Below are positions 18,878-28,779 of a stretch of 32,514 nucleotides of DNA, one piece after another. Source of the stretch: Candidatus Caldarchaeum sp. (GTDB taxonomy: Archaea > Thermoproteota > Nitrososphaeria_A > Caldarchaeales > Caldarchaeaceae); contig JAWBKB010000018.1 of assembly GCA_038831915.1 (NCBI GenBank), positions 1-32,514 of the forward strand. Direction: 5' to 3'. A program made the translations under genes and the position numbers. Each line of letters opens with the position of its first letter. Within the stretch, counting starts at the first letter, position 1. The notes below the pieces were generated by a model. It was not told the DNA's origin, ran no database searches, and saw nothing but the letters and a program-made list of their open reading frames with translations.

Positions 18878-18997
18878 GTGTCATTCGCCCTTGTTTAGTG
18901 CACATAGGGGATTTCCGTAAGTTGTTTGTATCTTTAGGAACAGAACACTGTAGTTATTGTTCTAACTAGGATATCCGCCAATAAGTCAAGGGGAATA

Positions 18998-20257
18998 ATG
19001 AACTCCAAAACAACATCAACAACTCACGAAATAAATGAATTCGAGTCGAAACAAACGGGTGGAGACGACCCGCTTGACCAGATAATACTCAGGTATTCCC
19101 GTCAAAACAGCAGTATTATAGCTCGTCACGACCTTCTCCGCTCAGATTATGTGCCTTCTTCGCTGCCCCACCGCACTGAGCACATCAAGGCGGTGGCAAA
19201 CGTGCTGGCCACGGTTCTCCGCAACATAAAACCATCCAACCTGTTTCTTTATGGGAAAACTGGAACAGGGAAAACCGCTGTGGTCAAACATGTGTTCAAC
19301 AGACTTTCCGAAGCGGTTTCCGAAAAAGGCCTGAACGTAAAATTCGTTTACATTAACTGCCGGCTGGCCGGGACAGAGTATAGAGTTTTGGCCGACCTTT
19401 GTGAAAGCGCTGCCGTCAAAGTGCCTTTCACAGGAGTTTCGAAGAACGAGCTTTTCCGCCGTTTCCAGTCAAACGCCTCATCGCTTAACATGTCTTTCGT
19501 TGTGTGTTTAGATGAAGTCGACGCCTTGGTGAAAGATTTCGGCGACGACCTTCTTTACGAGTTTACCCGATGCACGATTGGTTCGGGCTGGGTCTCGCTG
19601 GTAGGCATTTCGAACGACCTCATGTTCAAAGAAATGCTTGACCCACGGGTTCTAAGCAGTTTAAGCGAGGAGGAAGTGGTTTTCCAGCCATACACCGCTC
19701 AGGAGCTCGCCGACATATTGTGGAAGCGGGCTGAAGCCGCTCTGAACCCGGGTACGGTGGAAGAAGACGTGATAAGGCTCTGTGCAGCCCTCGCTGCCGC
19801 TGAACATGGCGACGCCAGGAGAGCTATTGATTTGCTCCGTGTTTCGGCGGAGGTTGCGGAGAGAGAAGGAGCTGAGAAAATCCGGGAAGAGCATGTTCGA
19901 ACCGCTCTAAGGCTCATCGAACGGGGTCGTGTAAAGGAGGTTGTTTCTTCGCTGCCTCTCCACAGCAGGTTGGTTTTGCTCGCGGTTTATGTTTCGGCGC
20001 AGAAGGGCAACGACACAACGTCAGGCGTGCTTTACAGCGTTTACCGGGATTTCTGCAACTCGCTCGGAGTGGAGCCGCTGACTGAGAGACGGGTGAGCAC
20101 GTTGGTTTCGGAGCTGGACATGCTCGGCATCATCGCATGCGACCTCGTAAGCTACGGCAGACACGGAAGAACCCGCAAAATAAAACCAACCATCCCATTC
20201 GATGAAATCGCTGGAATCATGTCCAAAGACGAGGCGTTATCAACACTAATAAGTTAA
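18998..20257 (+). CDS. cdc6: Orc1/Cdc6 replication initiator
   Basis: YVP..LPHR, GKTGTGKT, LDEVD, GDARRAIDLLR, winged helix with GRHGRT. Confidence 0.96.
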   Translation: MNSKTTSTTHEINEFESKQTGGDDPLDQIILRYSRQNSSIIARHDLLRSDYVPSSLPHRTEHIKAVANVLATVLRNIKPSNLFLYGKTGTGKTAVVKHVFNRLSEAVSEKGLNVKFVYINCRLAGTEYRVLADLCESAAVKVPFTGVSKNELFRRFQSNASSLNMSFVVCLDEVDALVKDFGDDLLYEFTRCTIGSGWVSLVGISNDLMFKEMLDPRVLSSLSEEEVVFQPYTAQELADILWKRAEAALNPGTVEEDVIRLCAALAAAEHGDARRAIDLLRVSAEVAEREGAEKIREEHVRTALRLIERGRVKEVVSSLPLHSRLVLLAVYVSAQKGNDTTSGVLYSVYRDFCNSLGVEPLTERRVSTLVSELDMLGIIACDLVSYGRHGRTRKIKPTIPFDEIAGIMSKDEALSTLIS

Positions 20258-20262
20258 ACCCG

Positions 20263-21261
20263 CTACGGTTTTTCACGGTTCCGGAAACGCCGAATGCTCA
20301 GCAAAGCGTAGAAGACAAACATCAATCCCGTGATCAGAAGAGTAAGGTAATAGGTTAGTACTCTCCACAGCACCACGGCCTCTATTGAGGTAATTCTGAG
20401 AACGCGGCTGGAGAATAGAAAGGTGCCTGCTTCGGTGAGTCCGGCGCCGCCTACAGTGACCGGCAAGGCTCCGAGAACGTTGCCCGCGTGAAACGCGAGA
20501 AGGGCTTCGACAAACCCGACGTCAACAGTCATCGAATACACCAAGTATAGTGTTACAGCGGGAAGGGTCATGACCACCGTTGTCAACGCAGTTAATACGA
20601 CGGTGTCGACCCTTCCTCTGCTTGAAACGAAGTTTTTGAGAAAGTTGTTCGATTCGCCGCTGAACCTTTTGAGCGGTTCGAGAAATCTTCTTGGGATTGA
20701 GATGCGGTTGGCGATGTTCAGGCTGTGTGTTTTCTGAAGCCTTGGTAGCAGAACGAGCAGGGTTGTGAGAGAAAGCTGGATAAGTGGTAGAACCATGAGA
20801 ACAGCCGCGAGGTAAACATCGCCATGAACAAATGCCATTATTCCCGACGAAACTGCTATGGGTGCGGTAACGGCTACGTCTAGGATGAGCTCTGAGAAAG
20901 CGATCCAGAACGCGGTTACCGTTTTCTCTCCACGCTGAACCAGAATCATAAGACGAACGGATTCATCCGCGATGAAAGGCACGGTGGTTAACGCGAAGAA
21001 CTCACTGACACTTCTCACCATCAGGGCCTCGCCCAGCCCCAAACGAACCAGTGAATGACGTTTAACCAACATGTAAAACCTAAACCCCTGAGCTAACAGC
21101 CGCATCACACATAGCAAAACCGACACAAATAGCAGCGCCCGCGGGGCCTCGAGGATGGCCGTTAATGGCACGTTGAAAAGCCGCATGATTACGAGGACCA
21201 CGGCCAAGCTGGCTGCGAGTCCGATCAGAGACCACCGAACAGCCCTGATGCCGGTACTCAT
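20263..21261 (-). CDS. Flippase-like UPF0104 / LPG-synthase TM domain protein
   Basis: Polytopic; LPVTVGGAGLTEA and LWRVLTYY; start adjusted to ATG 21261. Confidence 0.8.
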   Translation of the reverse strand: MSTGIRAVRWSLIGLAASLAVVLVIMRLFNVPLTAILEAPRALLFVSVLLCVMRLLAQGFRFYMLVKRHSLVRLGLGEALMVRSVSEFFALTTVPFIADESVRLMILVQRGEKTVTAFWIAFSELILDVAVTAPIAVSSGIMAFVHGDVYLAAVLMVLPLIQLSLTTLLVLLPRLQKTHSLNIANRISIPRRFLEPLKRFSGESNNFLKNFVSSRGRVDTVVLTALTTVVMTLPAVTLYLVYSMTVDVGFVEALLAFHAGNVLGALPVTVGGAGLTEAGTFLFSSRVLRITSIEAVVLWRVLTYYLTLLITGLMFVFYALLSIRRFRNREKP

Positions 21262-21809
21262 TTCTGAGCCACCAAGCAGATGGACTGCTGAAGACGAAGC
21301 AATATTTTCGAATGTATGACACGGAAAGGCCAGAAAATGTGCAGGTGAAGCGGGATGCGTTTCACGACCCTCAAACCGTTTAGGCTCAAAATTTTCTCCA
21401 TACTTTGCCACGTGAAATGATGTTTGTGTGTTTTGTCGGCATAGCTGTCGTAAATCCCGAAGCCTAAAGTGTTGGGTGTCGTGAGGAGGACTTTACCGTT
21501 GTGGCGGAGAACTCTCGCAGCTTCAGCCAAGGCAGAGTCGACATCCGAAACGTGCTCTATAACGTCAAACATGATGACCAAGTCCAAACACGTTTCGCGG
21601 AAGGGTAAATGGTCGGCTGAAGCCCACACATCGGGCCTCAACGAAGTGTTAAGGTCAATTCCCACGTATTCAGCTGCACGGCAGAAACGCTTGTAATGAC
21701 GGAGGCCGCAACCGACTTCCAGAACACGACCCGTGTTAACGGTGTATTCGCTGACCAGACGGGCCTTATATATGCGAAATTTATGCGGCTCAATCGGAAA
21801 ACCCCTCAT
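21258..21809 (-). CDS. Class I SAM-dependent methyltransferase
   Basis: VLEVGCG, LPF, DVIEHV, LTTPN. Confidence 0.85.
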   Translation of the reverse strand: MRGFPIEPHKFRIYKARLVSEYTVNTGRVLEVGCGLRHYKRFCRAAEYVGIDLNTSLRPDVWASADHLPFRETCLDLVIMFDVIEHVSDVDSALAEAARVLRHNGKVLLTTPNTLGFGIYDSYADKTHKHHFTWQSMEKILSLNGLRVVKRIPLHLHIFWPFRVIHSKILLRLQQSICLVAQK

Positions 21810-21895
21810 AAATCAACCACTCCAGCAAAATTCGCGACAAATCCCACCGGTTCTACCTGACGTCTCAAGTAACACGGTGTAGGGTGTCGGCGAGG

Positions 21896-22534
21896 TCATT
21901 TTCCCCGGAATGTTTCCTTGGACATTTTGTCTGCAAGACGTAATGGCTTAGGGTATCCGCCGTTAAACAAGTCGAATACCTTGCGCAAATCGTTGAAGGA
22001 AACGCCAAACCCTTGGCTATACACGAATTTGCCTCTGCAAAGCCCAACGACCTCGTCGCCGACAACAAGCTCGGAATAATCGTTCACGGGCCTCAACTCG
22101 CCGACGAGAATTGATTTCGCTATCCCTACTGAGCCGGTTCCAGCCGCGAACCCGAGCAAAGTCGCGATGCCGCATCGACGCGGATGGGCCCTTCCGTGTC
22201 CATCGACCAGCAAAACATCAAACCCGGTCTTCAATCGCTGCAGCACATTCAACATGGCAGGGCCTTCACGTAAAGCCAAGAACCCGGGCACGTAGGGAAA
22301 CAATTCCCCATCAAATTTATCCACAACAGACTCCACAACACTATCCGACTCCAATTCGTATACAACGGCCGCCACGGACAAAGAACTGGATTTTACGGCG
22401 GCGTCAACAGCACATACTCTTTCAACTCTGGGAAGCCTATCTTGCAGCGGATACGCTATGTTAGCAACCAATTCCTGAAGCTTTGCGAAAAACTGAAGAA
22501 ACAGGCTGGACGAATATTTCGTCGACTGTTTCAT
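21896..22534 (-). CDS. nfi: Endonuclease V
   Basis: AVD, FPYVPGFLALRE, LVDGHGRAHPRRCGIA, GIAK. Confidence 0.92.
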   Translation of the reverse strand: MKQSTKYSSSLFLQFFAKLQELVANIAYPLQDRLPRVERVCAVDAAVKSSSLSVAAVVYELESDSVVESVVDKFDGELFPYVPGFLALREGPAMLNVLQRLKTGFDVLLVDGHGRAHPRRCGIATLLGFAAGTGSVGIAKSILVGELRPVNDYSELVVGDEVVGLCRGKFVYSQGFGVSFNDLRKVFDLFNGGYPKPLRLADKMSKETFRGK

Positions 22535-22979
22535 CGTCCGCCACGGGTATCCCCGTGATGCGGGGGTTTAAGCGTTTATGCTGGCTGACAACGACCACGC
22601 CGCTGCATATTCTCAAGGCCTCTTCCAGAAACCGTTTGGGCTCTAGATGATGAACAACTGTGAAGCTGAAAACATGGCTGAACACTTGGTCGCGGAAAGG
22701 AAGGCGATGAGCGTCTGCCTGGACCAAATGGGTGGAGGAGTCGATTTTCTCACGTGCTTTGTTCAACATACCGCTCGAGACATCAACTCCCACGTATTCG
22801 GCGTCCACGTGTTGCTCTCTGAGAAATTCCCTCAAAAGGCCCGTCCCACATCCAACGTCAACTATTCGTGAAAAATTTTTCGGAGCCTGCTCAAATGCCC
22901 TTCGATATTTCACCCTCTGTTCTTCACCGTACAGCTCGTCGTATCCGGTGTTTAGAACGTCGTAGTTGAGATGCGCCAC
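22461..22979 (-). CDS. Class I SAM-dependent methyltransferase
   Basis: YDELYGEEQ, DVGCGTG, DVSSGML, ADAHRLPFR. Confidence 0.85.
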   Translation of the reverse strand: MAHLNYDVLNTGYDELYGEEQRVKYRRAFEQAPKNFSRIVDVGCGTGLLREFLREQHVDAEYVGVDVSSGMLNKAREKIDSSTHLVQADAHRLPFRDQVFSHVFSFTVVHHLEPKRFLEEALRICSGVVVVSQHKRLNPRITGIPVADDETVDEIFVQPVSSVFRKASGIGC

Positions 22980-23036
22980 GGTTTCACCTTGTTTGTGGCA
23001 GGTTAAAAAGTGTGATACAGCTGTATTGGTTTAGGG

Positions 23037-23705
23037 TTGCGGACAGTTGTTTACGATGAGGTGCGTTGGCAGCTGCTGAAGCAGTTGAGGGAACGAGCCG
23101 CCGCGATCATGGAGCATTTGGAGAAACATGGCTTCAATTCGATTGTCTATGGCAGCGTGGTTCGTGGCGATGTCCGACCGGGAAGCGACCTCGACATCTT
23201 TGTGCCCCATGTTGTTCCCATGCAGCTTTTAGAATACGCCGTGTCGCTGATGGGGCCCGTGGAGAAACGTGTTTTGGTTCAGGCAACTCCCTACTATGCG
23301 GCTAAAGCATACCTGTATTTGAACGACCGGGACACAGTTTCCGCTCCCATGGTTCCGCTGAACAGGCATGAAGAAGGTTTCTACCATTTAGCCGGCAGCC
23401 TATCCCTCGAAGAGCTACGTCAAAACATCCGGAAACCAGGGATAGATAAACGTCTGATGCTCATCATTCCGACACCTGAAGGTCATGTCGAGAAACCGTT
23501 GCGTGAAAACTTTGAAGAAGCCGTGAAAATCCTCAACGTCGCCCCCGACATTCTTTCGTCACGTATGCGTGTTTTGTTGAAGCGGCGGGAAAAAGGCCGG
23601 ACGGGGTTGTTTCAGAGCATCGAGCTTGAGCCGGGTATGAGTTTTGAAGAAGCCTTCAAGAAGTTGTTGGCGAAGAGCCCGCCTCTTCGGAAAAGAGCTG
23701 TTTAG
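23037..23705 (+). CDS. Pol-beta superfamily nucleotidyltransferase (conserved archaeal)
   Basis: YGSVVRGDV...SDLD, QATP, PGIDKRL, GRTG. Confidence 0.85.
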   Translation: MRTVVYDEVRWQLLKQLRERAAAIMEHLEKHGFNSIVYGSVVRGDVRPGSDLDIFVPHVVPMQLLEYAVSLMGPVEKRVLVQATPYYAAKAYLYLNDRDTVSAPMVPLNRHEEGFYHLAGSLSLEELRQNIRKPGIDKRLMLIIPTPEGHVEKPLRENFEEAVKILNVAPDILSSRMRVLLKRREKGRTGLFQSIELEPGMSFEEAFKKLLAKSPPLRKRAV

Positions 23706-24178
23706 AGCCCGATTAATGCGTCGATGGAGTAGGCTCCGGCTCCCGTGGTAAATAGGAGGATGGCGACACCGAGTATTAGGAGGTCGAATTCCCATCCTCC
23801 GACGCCGGCTATGAACCCGCGCATAATCCGTCGCGAGCCCTGCACCATCTGCGTCAGCATTTCCGGCGGCGGAACCATCACGCCTAGCTTCGTCAAATAA
23901 AGCACAATCGTGCCGACCATCATCAACGCGAAGAGGAGCGCCGCTACGCGTGTTAGGAAGCCGAAAATCAATGCCAATCCACCGACCACTTCCAGCAACC
24001 CGACCAAGTCGAACAAAGGCCCTGGAACACCGACCTGCGACATCGCGTTTCTCATCTGAGGCCTGACCGGCCCGGCTAGCTTCGGCAACCCGTGAACGAG
24101 CATGATGAATCCGACAAACACCCGAAGAACAAGGACGCCGACATCGACGTATGAAGAAGCGAATTCAAGCAACACCAT
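23702..24178 (-). CDS. DoxX family membrane protein
   Basis: LRVFVG...HGLPKL, GFLTR, GWE, GAGAYSID. Confidence 0.88.
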   Translation of the reverse strand: MVLLEFASSYVDVGVLVLRVFVGFIMLVHGLPKLAGPVRPQMRNAMSQVGVPGPLFDLVGLLEVVGGLALIFGFLTRVAALLFALMMVGTIVLYLTKLGVMVPPPEMLTQMVQGSRRIMRGFIAGVGGWEFDLLILGVAILLFTTGAGAYSIDALIGL

Positions 24179-24249
24179 GCCGCTTACACCCCGCCAGCAG
24201 ATTGCATAAAGCAAGTATTTTAAACAGTCGGCGACATATACGCCACTAC

Positions 24250-24636
24250 ATGACGGAGCAGAAATTCGAAGGCGAACATGTCTGTCCGATGGTTGCGGCG
24301 GCGAAGATTCTGGGAAGCATGTGGTCTCTCGTCATTATTAGCTATCTTGCATCAGGCCCGAAAGGCTTCAACGAGCTGCTACGACTAATACCGATGCTCA
24401 ACTCCAAAACACTTTCACGAACTCTTAAATCGCTGCAGGCCCGTGGACTGGTGCAACGCAATATTATCAGCGTGCAGCCTTTCTCGGTAAGCTATTCGTT
24501 GACACCGATGGCGGAGGAACTTACACCTATTCTCAAAGCTTTCCGCGACTGGGCTGACAAATGGCTGATTCAACAAAAAACCGCCCCAAACAACAACAGC
24601 AAACAAGCCTACCGAAAACGGCCCGCTGAACTGTAG
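24250..24636 (+). CDS. HxlR-family winged-helix transcriptional regulator
   Basis: CP..AAKILGSMW, FNEL, LSRTLK, P.SVSYSLT. Confidence 0.88.
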   Translation: MTEQKFEGEHVCPMVAAAKILGSMWSLVIISYLASGPKGFNELLRLIPMLNSKTLSRTLKSLQARGLVQRNIISVQPFSVSYSLTPMAEELTPILKAFRDWADKWLIQQKTAPNNNSKQAYRKRPAEL

Positions 24637-24637
24637 T

Positions 24638-25816
24638 TCATAATCGGATATAAGGTGTTAGCAGTCCTTTTTCAGTCAGCTTGCTCAAAACTCTGTGCAG
24701 GTGCTGGTGCGCTGAGAACCTGAGATAAAGGTATGTCGAGGTCATGGATATTGTGATGAGAAGGTGGAACGTCAGTCCGAGCAGCACTAAGGCGAGGAGA
24801 AGGTCTCCGTCGGCGACGGTGAAAGTAAACCCGATGGGCGAGAAAATGAATGTGTAGATTTCAACCATTTCGTCGGCGAGGCTGTGAATCGCCGGCGGCT
24901 TCATCACGCGTTTGACGGTGTCGAAGATTCTGACGCCGAGGTCTTCGAAAAGCCAGAGAACGGGCCCTACATAGAGCGAGCCGGCGGCTATGGCGGCGAT
25001 GGACGCGATTGCTGCTCCGGCGGTTGCGGCGAACGGGTCTCCGCCGAATATTCGGATGTTGAGAAGGTCGAGAATACTGGTGATGGTGGTTGTTACGCCG
25101 ATGCCGAAAGCCATGGGATAATACGACCGTGAAACGACGTTCATCAGAGTGGTTTCTTCCGGAGACGGCGGCTCGGCGGCTACAAGCCGGATTTTCTGGT
25201 TAATCTGTCTCCGCAACAGATACACGGTGAATCTATCGGCGAAAACATGCCAGAAAACCCATGTAAACAGAGCTGGAAGCAGATACCGGATGTAGAAAGC
25301 CTCGGAATTCATCAGCGGTATAAGCGGAATGTAAAGGGCGACGATGACGACGACGTCGAGAATGTCTTCATGCGGGTTGGGAGATGGTTTGACGCCGTGT
25401 TTCGCAGCACGTCTATTCACCAAAATCGCCGAAACAACTCCAGCCAGAAGCAGCGCGGGCCCTACGGCCCATGTAAGGGAAAGCAACACCGCTGAAACGA
25501 TGAAAGAATCTACGGAAACGATGGATGTTGCTGTGAAAGCGGTCGTGGAAACAATCAGGCCCGCCACGCAAGAGTAAAGATACCATTTTCTCATGGGATG
25601 CAGCCCGGCGAGGAGCCATCCCAGTCCAAACCCCATAACGGCAGGCCCAACATCAAACATCAGAAGCGAGGTAAGTCTCGTGAACCATCCCGCAACCACT
25701 GTAATCAAGCCGCTCAAAGCAGCATCCTGGAGGAGATAGCCCGACACCGACAGAAGAATGCCTGCAAAAACTATTGTTGCACCTGTTCTCGGCGATGGCT
25801 CAGCCACACCTACCAC
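24638..25816 (-). CDS. Hypothetical polytopic membrane protein
   Basis: 392-aa ORF with about 10 hydrophobic segments. Confidence 0.75.
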   Translation of the reverse strand: MVGVAEPSPRTGATIVFAGILLSVSGYLLQDAALSGLITVVAGWFTRLTSLLMFDVGPAVMGFGLGWLLAGLHPMRKWYLYSCVAGLIVSTTAFTATSIVSVDSFIVSAVLLSLTWAVGPALLLAGVVSAILVNRRAAKHGVKPSPNPHEDILDVVVIVALYIPLIPLMNSEAFYIRYLLPALFTWVFWHVFADRFTVYLLRRQINQKIRLVAAEPPSPEETTLMNVVSRSYYPMAFGIGVTTTITSILDLLNIRIFGGDPFAATAGAAIASIAAIAAGSLYVGPVLWLFEDLGVRIFDTVKRVMKPPAIHSLADEMVEIYTFIFSPIGFTFTVADGDLLLALVLLGLTFHLLITISMTSTYLYLRFSAHQHLHRVLSKLTEKGLLTPYIRL

Positions 25817-27168
25817 CTCAACAACCCAGCTCTATGCATGAAAGCTATGACCAGCAAAGCCGTCAAAGAAACTAGAAAACTGGGATGAATATCGAAGAAG
25901 ATTTCCGCAACCATGTTTCGCTGCCGAAACGTCAACTCGTACTGAATGGCTAAAAATTCTGACAGCATGTTAACCCGCATAAACCTGTTAACGAATTCAT
26001 CGGACTGAACTATTCCCTTCTCCACAACCGGGTAGACACCGTTTTTCAAGGCTACTTTTCCAACAGCCAGCGCAATAACTGTCTTCAGCTCAGGAGGAAG
26101 AGGTTTTACTCCGTCGAGCATCATCAACAAACTCGGAAACCTAAGATCAGCAACCATCGGTAACCGGCCTTCACGGACAGCGTTCAAAACTGCTTCAGAA
26201 GAGGTCAGCGGGTCAAGCGGATAAACATCCAGAGGGCTGACCGGGAGGTAGAGTATTCGGTCTCCCGACCTCCACATCGGTGAGACGGCTTGAGCGATTG
26301 CGACGGCCTGTTCTGCTGCAAGGGCCCCTGCGGTGTAATCGCTGTTTTCAGCGGCGTAGGTGAGTGCCGTAAGTGTCCTGATGAGCCGTGAATAATTTTC
26401 AGGAGACTTTGAAAGAGAAGCCGTTTGGTTCATCATCCTGTCAACGTGAACAGCCCAAAGAGCTTGAAGCTCCACTGGAGCCGTCAACCCAGCTTTGTCA
26501 ACAACGTTAAGAAGAAGTGACAGGTGATAAAGTGATTCAGTCAACCCGTCAAAGCTTTTCGTGGAAAAGTCGACTATGTCGACGAAATGCTCGGTAAAGT
26601 CGTTCAACACCATTTCCAAATCATCGCTAACAGGTGTGCCGCCGGAAACATATGAGATACGTGACGCATGCACAAGGAATGAAGCCTTTGACAAGTAGGG
26701 AACCCAGCCAAATCTTTTTTCCAGGCTTTCACCCAGCTTTAGCATGTTAGCGCGGCTTCTACCGTCCTTGGTTAGCCCGTAATGCATCGAAAGAAAGTTG
26801 ACCGCAAATACATGTGCAAAATAATTCTCCGGCTCGGGAAAACCAGAGTCAAACCCAAGGTCTACACCGTCTTCAGATTCGATTCTGCTGTTCACGGCGG
26901 CAGCTACGCGGTTGAGCAGAACAAGTGATTCCGGGTCTTTCAATCCCAGATGTATTTTTGCGACCATGATGCCGACCAGCGCATGGCCTCTCAGGGAGCC
27001 TGAAGGGTCGAAGCCGGGTGAAATCCTACCGTCGGGAGTTACGATGCTTCGCGCGTAACGAAGGTCATCGCCTAAAACATCCTTAACAAGTTGAACGTCA
27101 ATTTCTTGAGCTTGAACCGAGCTCAAAACCAGAAGAACTATCAACACCAAAACCGGTCTAGCGTACAT
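25810..27168 (-). CDS. Hypothetical secreted protein with C-terminal TM anchor
   Basis: Signal peptide ending VQA/QA, helical body, C-terminal hydrophobic helix. Confidence 0.75.
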   Translation of the reverse strand: MYARPVLVLIVLLVLSSVQAQEIDVQLVKDVLGDDLRYARSIVTPDGRISPGFDPSGSLRGHALVGIMVAKIHLGLKDPESLVLLNRVAAAVNSRIESEDGVDLGFDSGFPEPENYFAHVFAVNFLSMHYGLTKDGRSRANMLKLGESLEKRFGWVPYLSKASFLVHASRISYVSGGTPVSDDLEMVLNDFTEHFVDIVDFSTKSFDGLTESLYHLSLLLNVVDKAGLTAPVELQALWAVHVDRMMNQTASLSKSPENYSRLIRTLTALTYAAENSDYTAGALAAEQAVAIAQAVSPMWRSGDRILYLPVSPLDVYPLDPLTSSEAVLNAVREGRLPMVADLRFPSLLMMLDGVKPLPPELKTVIALAVGKVALKNGVYPVVEKGIVQSDEFVNRFMRVNMLSEFLAIQYELTFRQRNMVAEIFFDIHPSFLVSLTALLVIAFMHRAGLLRW

Positions 27169-27327
27169 TCTCCAGAACCTGACCCCGTTAACACCTCACC
27201 CAATTATAAAAATGATGCATCATCATTTTTTCACACGTTTTCCCCCGCACCAAGCATGTGTGATTTGGCTTTCATCGGCCCTCTAATAGTTATTAAATGG
27301 CTGGAAACATTCTTCGAAGGGATTTTT

Positions 27328-28779
27328 TTGGCGAAGATTTTGGACAACATAGGTTTAACCTTCGACGATGTTCTGCTGGTTCCTCAACGCTCAAGCATAA
27401 AGTCACGGCGGGATGTTTCAACGCGGAGCCGTTTCACACGTAGGATAGTGTTGAACGTGCCGATTGTTTCGGCTGCGATGGACACGGTGACGGAGGCTGA
27501 CATGGCTATCGCCATGGCCCGTGAAGGCGGTATCGGCGTCGTCCACCGATTCAACACAATTCAGCAACAGGTCGAACAGATAAAAATCGTGAAAAGAGCC
27601 GAAAACATCGCCATAGAGGAACCCTATACAATCGGGCCCGAGGCAACCGTGGCTGAAGCACAGCAATTGATGCAGCGAAAAAACGTCAGCGGGCTTCTCG
27701 TGGTTGATACGTCGAAGCGGCTTCTCGGCATCGTGACAAAGCGAGACGTGTTATTCAGGAACTACGGAGCCAAAGTCGCGGAATGCATGACGCCGAAAGA
27801 AAGGCTCGTCACCGCTCCACCGGAAATCACACTCGAAGAAGCTAAGCAGATTTTCATGAAACACAAGGTTGAGAAGCTTCCGCTGGTTGATTCGGATGGC
27901 CGTCTTAAGGGGCTTGTCACAAGCGCTGACATCGTGAAGAAGCTGATGCATCCGCATGCGACGCGTGATTCCCGCGGCAGGTTGATGGTGGCCGCTGCGT
28001 TGGGGGTGAGAGAAGAGGCCCTTGACAGAGCTGAAGCACTGCTCGCCGCCGGAGCCGACTGCTTGGTCATCGACGTAGCCCACGGACACACCGAAATAGT
28101 AATACAAACAATTAAGAAACTACGTAGTAGCTTTAGCGATGACTTCGAGCTGGTCGCTGGAAACGTTGCGACTGCTGAAGGTGTGGAAGATTTGGCGTCG
28201 GCCGGTGCTTCCGCTGTCAAGATCGGCGTGGGCCCTGGCTCGGTATGCACCACTCGTATCGTCGCAGGCGTCGGCGTGCCTCAGCTAACAGCCATCATGA
28301 AATGCTTCGAAGCCGCTGAATCCATGGATGTACCCCTCATCGCCGACGGTGGTATTCGCTCAAGCGCGGACATGGTGAAAGCTCTCGCGGCAGGCGCGTC
28401 GACCGTGATGATTGGAAGGCTTCTCGCCGGCACTGATGAAAGTCCAGGGGCTGTGGTTGTGAAGAACGGCCGTAAGATGAAGGTTTACCGCGGCATGGCT
28501 TCGTTTTACGCGATGTTGGCTAAGGAAAGCAGGGCCGGGGACGAAGATTTTCTCCAAGACGCGTCGGAATACAGCTACATCGCTGAAGGTGTGGAGGCAT
28601 ATGTGCCGTACAAGGGCTCGGCATCCGACGTCATACGTCAGCTTGTAGCAGGCCTCCGCTCAGGCCTCAGCTACCTCGGTGCACGCAATATCGAAGAACT
28701 GAGACGAAACGCCGTTTTCATCCGCATGACCGAAGCAGGCCTCAAAGAAAGCCATCCACACGACGTCGAAACAATATGA
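27328..28779 (+). CDS. guaB: IMP dehydrogenase with CBS pair
   Basis: [36 protein letters not shown]; start adjusted to TTG 27328. Confidence 0.95.
   Translation: MAKILDNIGLTFDDVLLVPQRSSIKSRRDVSTRSRFTRRIVLNVPIVSAAMDTVTEADMAIAMAREGGIGVVHRFNTIQQQVEQIKIVKRAENIAIEEPYTIGPEATVAEAQQLMQRKNVSGLLVVDTSKRLLGIVTKRDVLFRNYGAKVAECMTPKERLVTAPPEITLEEAKQIFMKHKVEKLPLVDSDGRLKGLVTSADIVKKLMHPHATRDSRGRLMVAAALGVREEALDRAEALLAAGADCLVIDVAHGHTEIVIQTIKKLRSSFSDDFELVAGNVATAEGVEDLASAGASAVKIGVGPGSVCTTRIVAGVGVPQLTAIMKCFEAAESMDVPLIADGGIRSSADMVKALAAGASTVMIGRLLAGTDESPGAVVVKNGRKMKVYRGMASFYAMLAKESRAGDEDFLQDASEYSYIAEGVEAYVPYKGSASDVIRQLVAGLRSGLSYLGARNIEELRRNAVFIRMTEAGLKESHPHDVETI

Larger units (their letters stand above)
18412..18997. 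other. Chromosomal replication origin (oriC)
   Basis: 586-bp ORF-free gap upstream of cdc6 with two inverted ORBs. Confidence 0.85.

Noticed and set aside
27091-27327. Long N-terminal extension of IMPDH (and similar extensions for trm5, aroD, flippase, HxlR)
   Set aside because: Upstream alternative start codons overlapping neighbouring genes/promoters; homology starts later
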